NCBI GenBank assembly: GCA_963665295.1
Contig: OY762209.1
Span: 384,001 to 448,000, forward strand
Source: Syntrophorhabdaceae bacterium
GTDB taxonomy: Bacteria; Desulfobacterota; Syntrophorhabdia; Syntrophorhabdales; Syntrophorhabdaceae
DNA: 64,000 nucleotides
Direction of reading: 5' to 3'
The notes beneath the pieces are model-generated. The model made no database searches, was not told the DNA's origin, and saw only the letters and a list, made by a program, of their open reading frames with translations. The position numbers were made by a program, and so were the translations under genes. Positions 61,868 to 64,000 of this stretch are shown here, piece after piece. Position 1 is the stretch's first letter. Each line of letters begins with the position of its first letter.

Positions 61868-62923
61868 ATGGACGGAGTATCAATGGGCAAGCTGGTTAAG
61901 GCGGGGTACAAGATTTACAGGATGAGGGAAGACGGACACGACGGCACCATTTACCAGATCAGGGAAAGGTCCACGGAAAAAGGAGAATGGGGGCTGTATG
62001 GCTCATATCCTACAAAAGCAGACCGGGAGTTGGCGTGGAAGGAACTTGCCCAGGACCCGATGAACATGATGGACGGCAGCGATGACAGGACGAGTGCAAG
62101 CGTGCCCGCCGTGGCGGTGCCGGGGACCGGGGGCATGGACGCGGCCGAGTTCGAGCGGAAAATGTGGGAGATGGAAAAAGAGCATGAATACAGGATTCTC
62201 CGGGATGTGTCCGCGTCCAAGGTCCGGGGCGCGGCCATGAGGGAAAACATGGAAAAGCTCCTCCGGGTCATGTTCCTGCGCGAGACGAAGGAGAAGCTCA
62301 AAGAGTCCGGCCAGTGGTCCCAGTGGTGCCTCGACACGGGCACGGATATCAAGAACGCGGACTATGAAATCGGGAAATTAGGAGACTTCAGAGACGACCT
62401 GCTCCTAAAGTTTTCCGAGTTTTGCGGATACGACATCAATAAAATCCGTTACTTGACAAACGGCAACTCCGAAAAATTAGGAGTCACCATCGAAAACGGG
62501 CAGTTAATGATCAAAGGTCAGGTGGTCCCCTGCACCCCCGAGGACGTGCAGTATGTGGTCAATTCCCTCCAGGAAGAGGCCCGGCGGGCAGAGGAAAAAG
62601 CAGCGAAGGAAAAGGAGACGGCGGACAAGGCCGCGGCCACAACGGAAAAGGAATTGAAGAAGGCGCAAAAGGAATTGAAGAGGATCAGGAGGGAAGCGGA
62701 AAAGCAAGGGGTATCCCCTGAAGAAATAGCGTTTGTCAAGCAGATGGAAGAGGTCCGGGACGGGTTTGACGCCTTGATCCAGCAAATTGACGACGCCGGA
62801 TTCGACGCGGGCACTGCGGCCACGCCACGGATGACCGCCACGGCTAGAACCGTGATCGATTACATGGTGCAGCGGCTTGAAAGCGTATGGGTGAGAGCGA
62901 AGCCTGCGGGTGAGGAGGCATAG
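61868..62923 (+). CDS. Hypothetical coiled-coil phage protein
   Basis: AAGGAGG RBS before ATG 61868; the upstream ATG 61787 lies in the ribozyme loop. Confidence 0.7.
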   Translation: MDGVSMGKLVKAGYKIYRMREDGHDGTIYQIRERSTEKGEWGLYGSYPTKADRELAWKELAQDPMNMMDGSDDRTSASVPAVAVPGTGGMDAAEFERKMWEMEKEHEYRILRDVSASKVRGAAMRENMEKLLRVMFLRETKEKLKESGQWSQWCLDTGTDIKNADYEIGKLGDFRDDLLLKFSEFCGYDINKIRYLTNGNSEKLGVTIENGQLMIKGQVVPCTPEDVQYVVNSLQEEARRAEEKAAKEKETADKAAATTEKELKKAQKELKRIRREAEKQGVSPEEIAFVKQMEEVRDGFDALIQQIDDAGFDAGTAATPRMTATARTVIDYMVQRLESVWVRAKPAGEEA

Positions 62924-62926
62924 GAC

Positions 62927-63304
62927 ATGGCAATCCTGAACTTTGACAAACAGTTCGCGGCGGACGTTGAAACAGGGTACAAACGACAGACCATCCGGGC
63001 CGAGCGCAAGCGGCCCATCAAGAAGGGCGAAAAGCTTTATCTCTATACGGCGCTCAGGACGAAGCAGGCGCGGCTACTCAGGTGCGCGTTCTGCCTCGCG
63101 GCCGACGGGATCGAGATCAGGTCCACGGGAAAGGTCGTGGTGTACCTAAAGGAGAATCAGGCAGGGATAACCCTTACCGACACGGGCAAAGAAGGCCTCG
63201 CGCGCGCTGACGGATTCAAAGGCCCTGACGCGTTTGGTGAGATGTTGAAATTCTTCAGGGAAAAACACGGTCTGCCCTTCTTCGGGCAGCTAATCAAGTG
63301 GTGA
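62927..63304 (+). CDS. ASCH domain protein
   Basis: F...F...VETGYKRQTIR...LARADGF...F. Confidence 0.8.
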   Translation: MAILNFDKQFAADVETGYKRQTIRAERKRPIKKGEKLYLYTALRTKQARLLRCAFCLAADGIEIRSTGKVVVYLKENQAGITLTDTGKEGLARADGFKGPDAFGEMLKFFREKHGLPFFGQLIKW

Positions 63305-63305
63305 G

Positions 63306-63581
63306 GTGAACATGGGATCGGTAACGCTCAAAGCCAAGCAGCAGCATAGCTATAAGAAATACCCGGCCAGTAGTGAAAGACTGTGCGTGACGTGCAATTT
63401 CTACGTACCTGACCTACGACAGTTCATGCGCGATGAAGCGTCGGTGTCGGAACCCCGTTGCGCCATGCTCGGTCTCAAGAGCGCCCCGGCGTACCGGGTC
63501 CTGCCGGATCACGGGTGCGACGCCCATGACAACAGCGAATACATGGCGCGTCTGGAGCGGCGCGCAAAGGAGAAAGAATAG
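63306..63581 (+). CDS. Small Cys-rich phage protein
   Basis: CVTC...C...C. Confidence 0.5.
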   Translation: MNMGSVTLKAKQQHSYKKYPASSERLCVTCNFYVPDLRQFMRDEASVSEPRCAMLGLKSAPAYRVLPDHGCDAHDNSEYMARLERRAKEKE

Positions 63582-63779
63582 GCGATGGACGGGACAATGA
63601 CGTTGACGGAAGCTCACGAAAAGGCACAGGTAGGCGATAAGCTGAAGCACCTGGAGCGCCAGCTTATTCTCGTGAGAAAAGAGACGTTCATGGCGACGGT
63701 GAAAGGCATGGGACCGAAGTGGATGGACGTCTTTCATGGCGAGGGATGGATCATTATCCCCGCAAAGAAGGGGAACTAA

Positions 63780-64000
63780 ATGGAAGACCTGTCGCCCCGG
63801 CATCAAAAGCCATGGCCGGTGTCGGAAAAGCAGCGCGGGGAGATCGCGCGGTATGCTGCCGCTATCACCTGGAGGATCAAAAACGGCTTCGACGCGTGGC
63901 TGCTAACCCGTCATCGCTACACATCGGTTGAGAATATCCCGGATTGGCACGCGGCGGCGAAAGTGATCGACTCCCTCCGGGCCATGTGCCGGAGGGAACA
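63780..64000 (+). CDS. GemA/DUF1018-like phage protein, partial
   Basis: Open to the window end: ...SEKQRGEI...W...FDAWL...AAKVIDSLRAM. Confidence 0.45.
   Translation, partial: MEDLSPRHQKPWPVSEKQRGEIARYAAAITWRIKNGFDAWLLTRHRYTSVENIPDWHAAAKVIDSLRAMCRRE

Larger units (their letters stand above)
49280..64000 (+). mobile_element. Mu-like (transposable) prophage, left end and early region; continues beyond the window
   Basis: Divergent repressor/ner, MuA, MuB, Gam-like, GemA-like genes; TGTTAG repeats at 49294, 49367, 49432 near the inferred end. Confidence 0.9.

Overview
Bacterial DNA; gene content suggests an anaerobic deltaproteobacterium (Desulfobacterota-like), which is an inference. Five blocks. 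(1) 1-9.3 kb: a lasso-peptide-type RiPP cluster (RRE/B1, cyclase, hand-identified 76-aa precursor ending ...YGPS, HPr-kinase-like kinase, sulfotransferase, HemN-like radical SAM, B2 protease, ABC exporter), divergent from a GNAT and a tail-collar gene. (2) 9.4-14.3 kb: ICL/PEP-mutase enzyme, PPi-type PFK, AsmA-like protein and an Mrr relic. (3) 14.3-19.5 kb: a Sec-pathway (signal-peptide) Rhs gene split by one in-frame UGA that is followed by a SECIS-like hairpin (candidate selenoprotein), plus a YD/BACON partner. (4) 19.7-48.8 kb: a signalling island of PAS/hybrid kinases, a sigma-54 activator and promoter, and a chemosensory operon. Its cheY and cheD are both internally deleted, and its soluble receptor carries about 8.4 apparently identical 273-bp poly-HAMP repeats. 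(5) 49.1-64 kb: an IS fragment followed by the left arm of a Mu-like prophage, with repeat-flanked cassettes carrying antisense Zn-ribbon genes and a type II hammerhead ribozyme. All calls come from reading motifs by eye; no database searches or folding programs were run.
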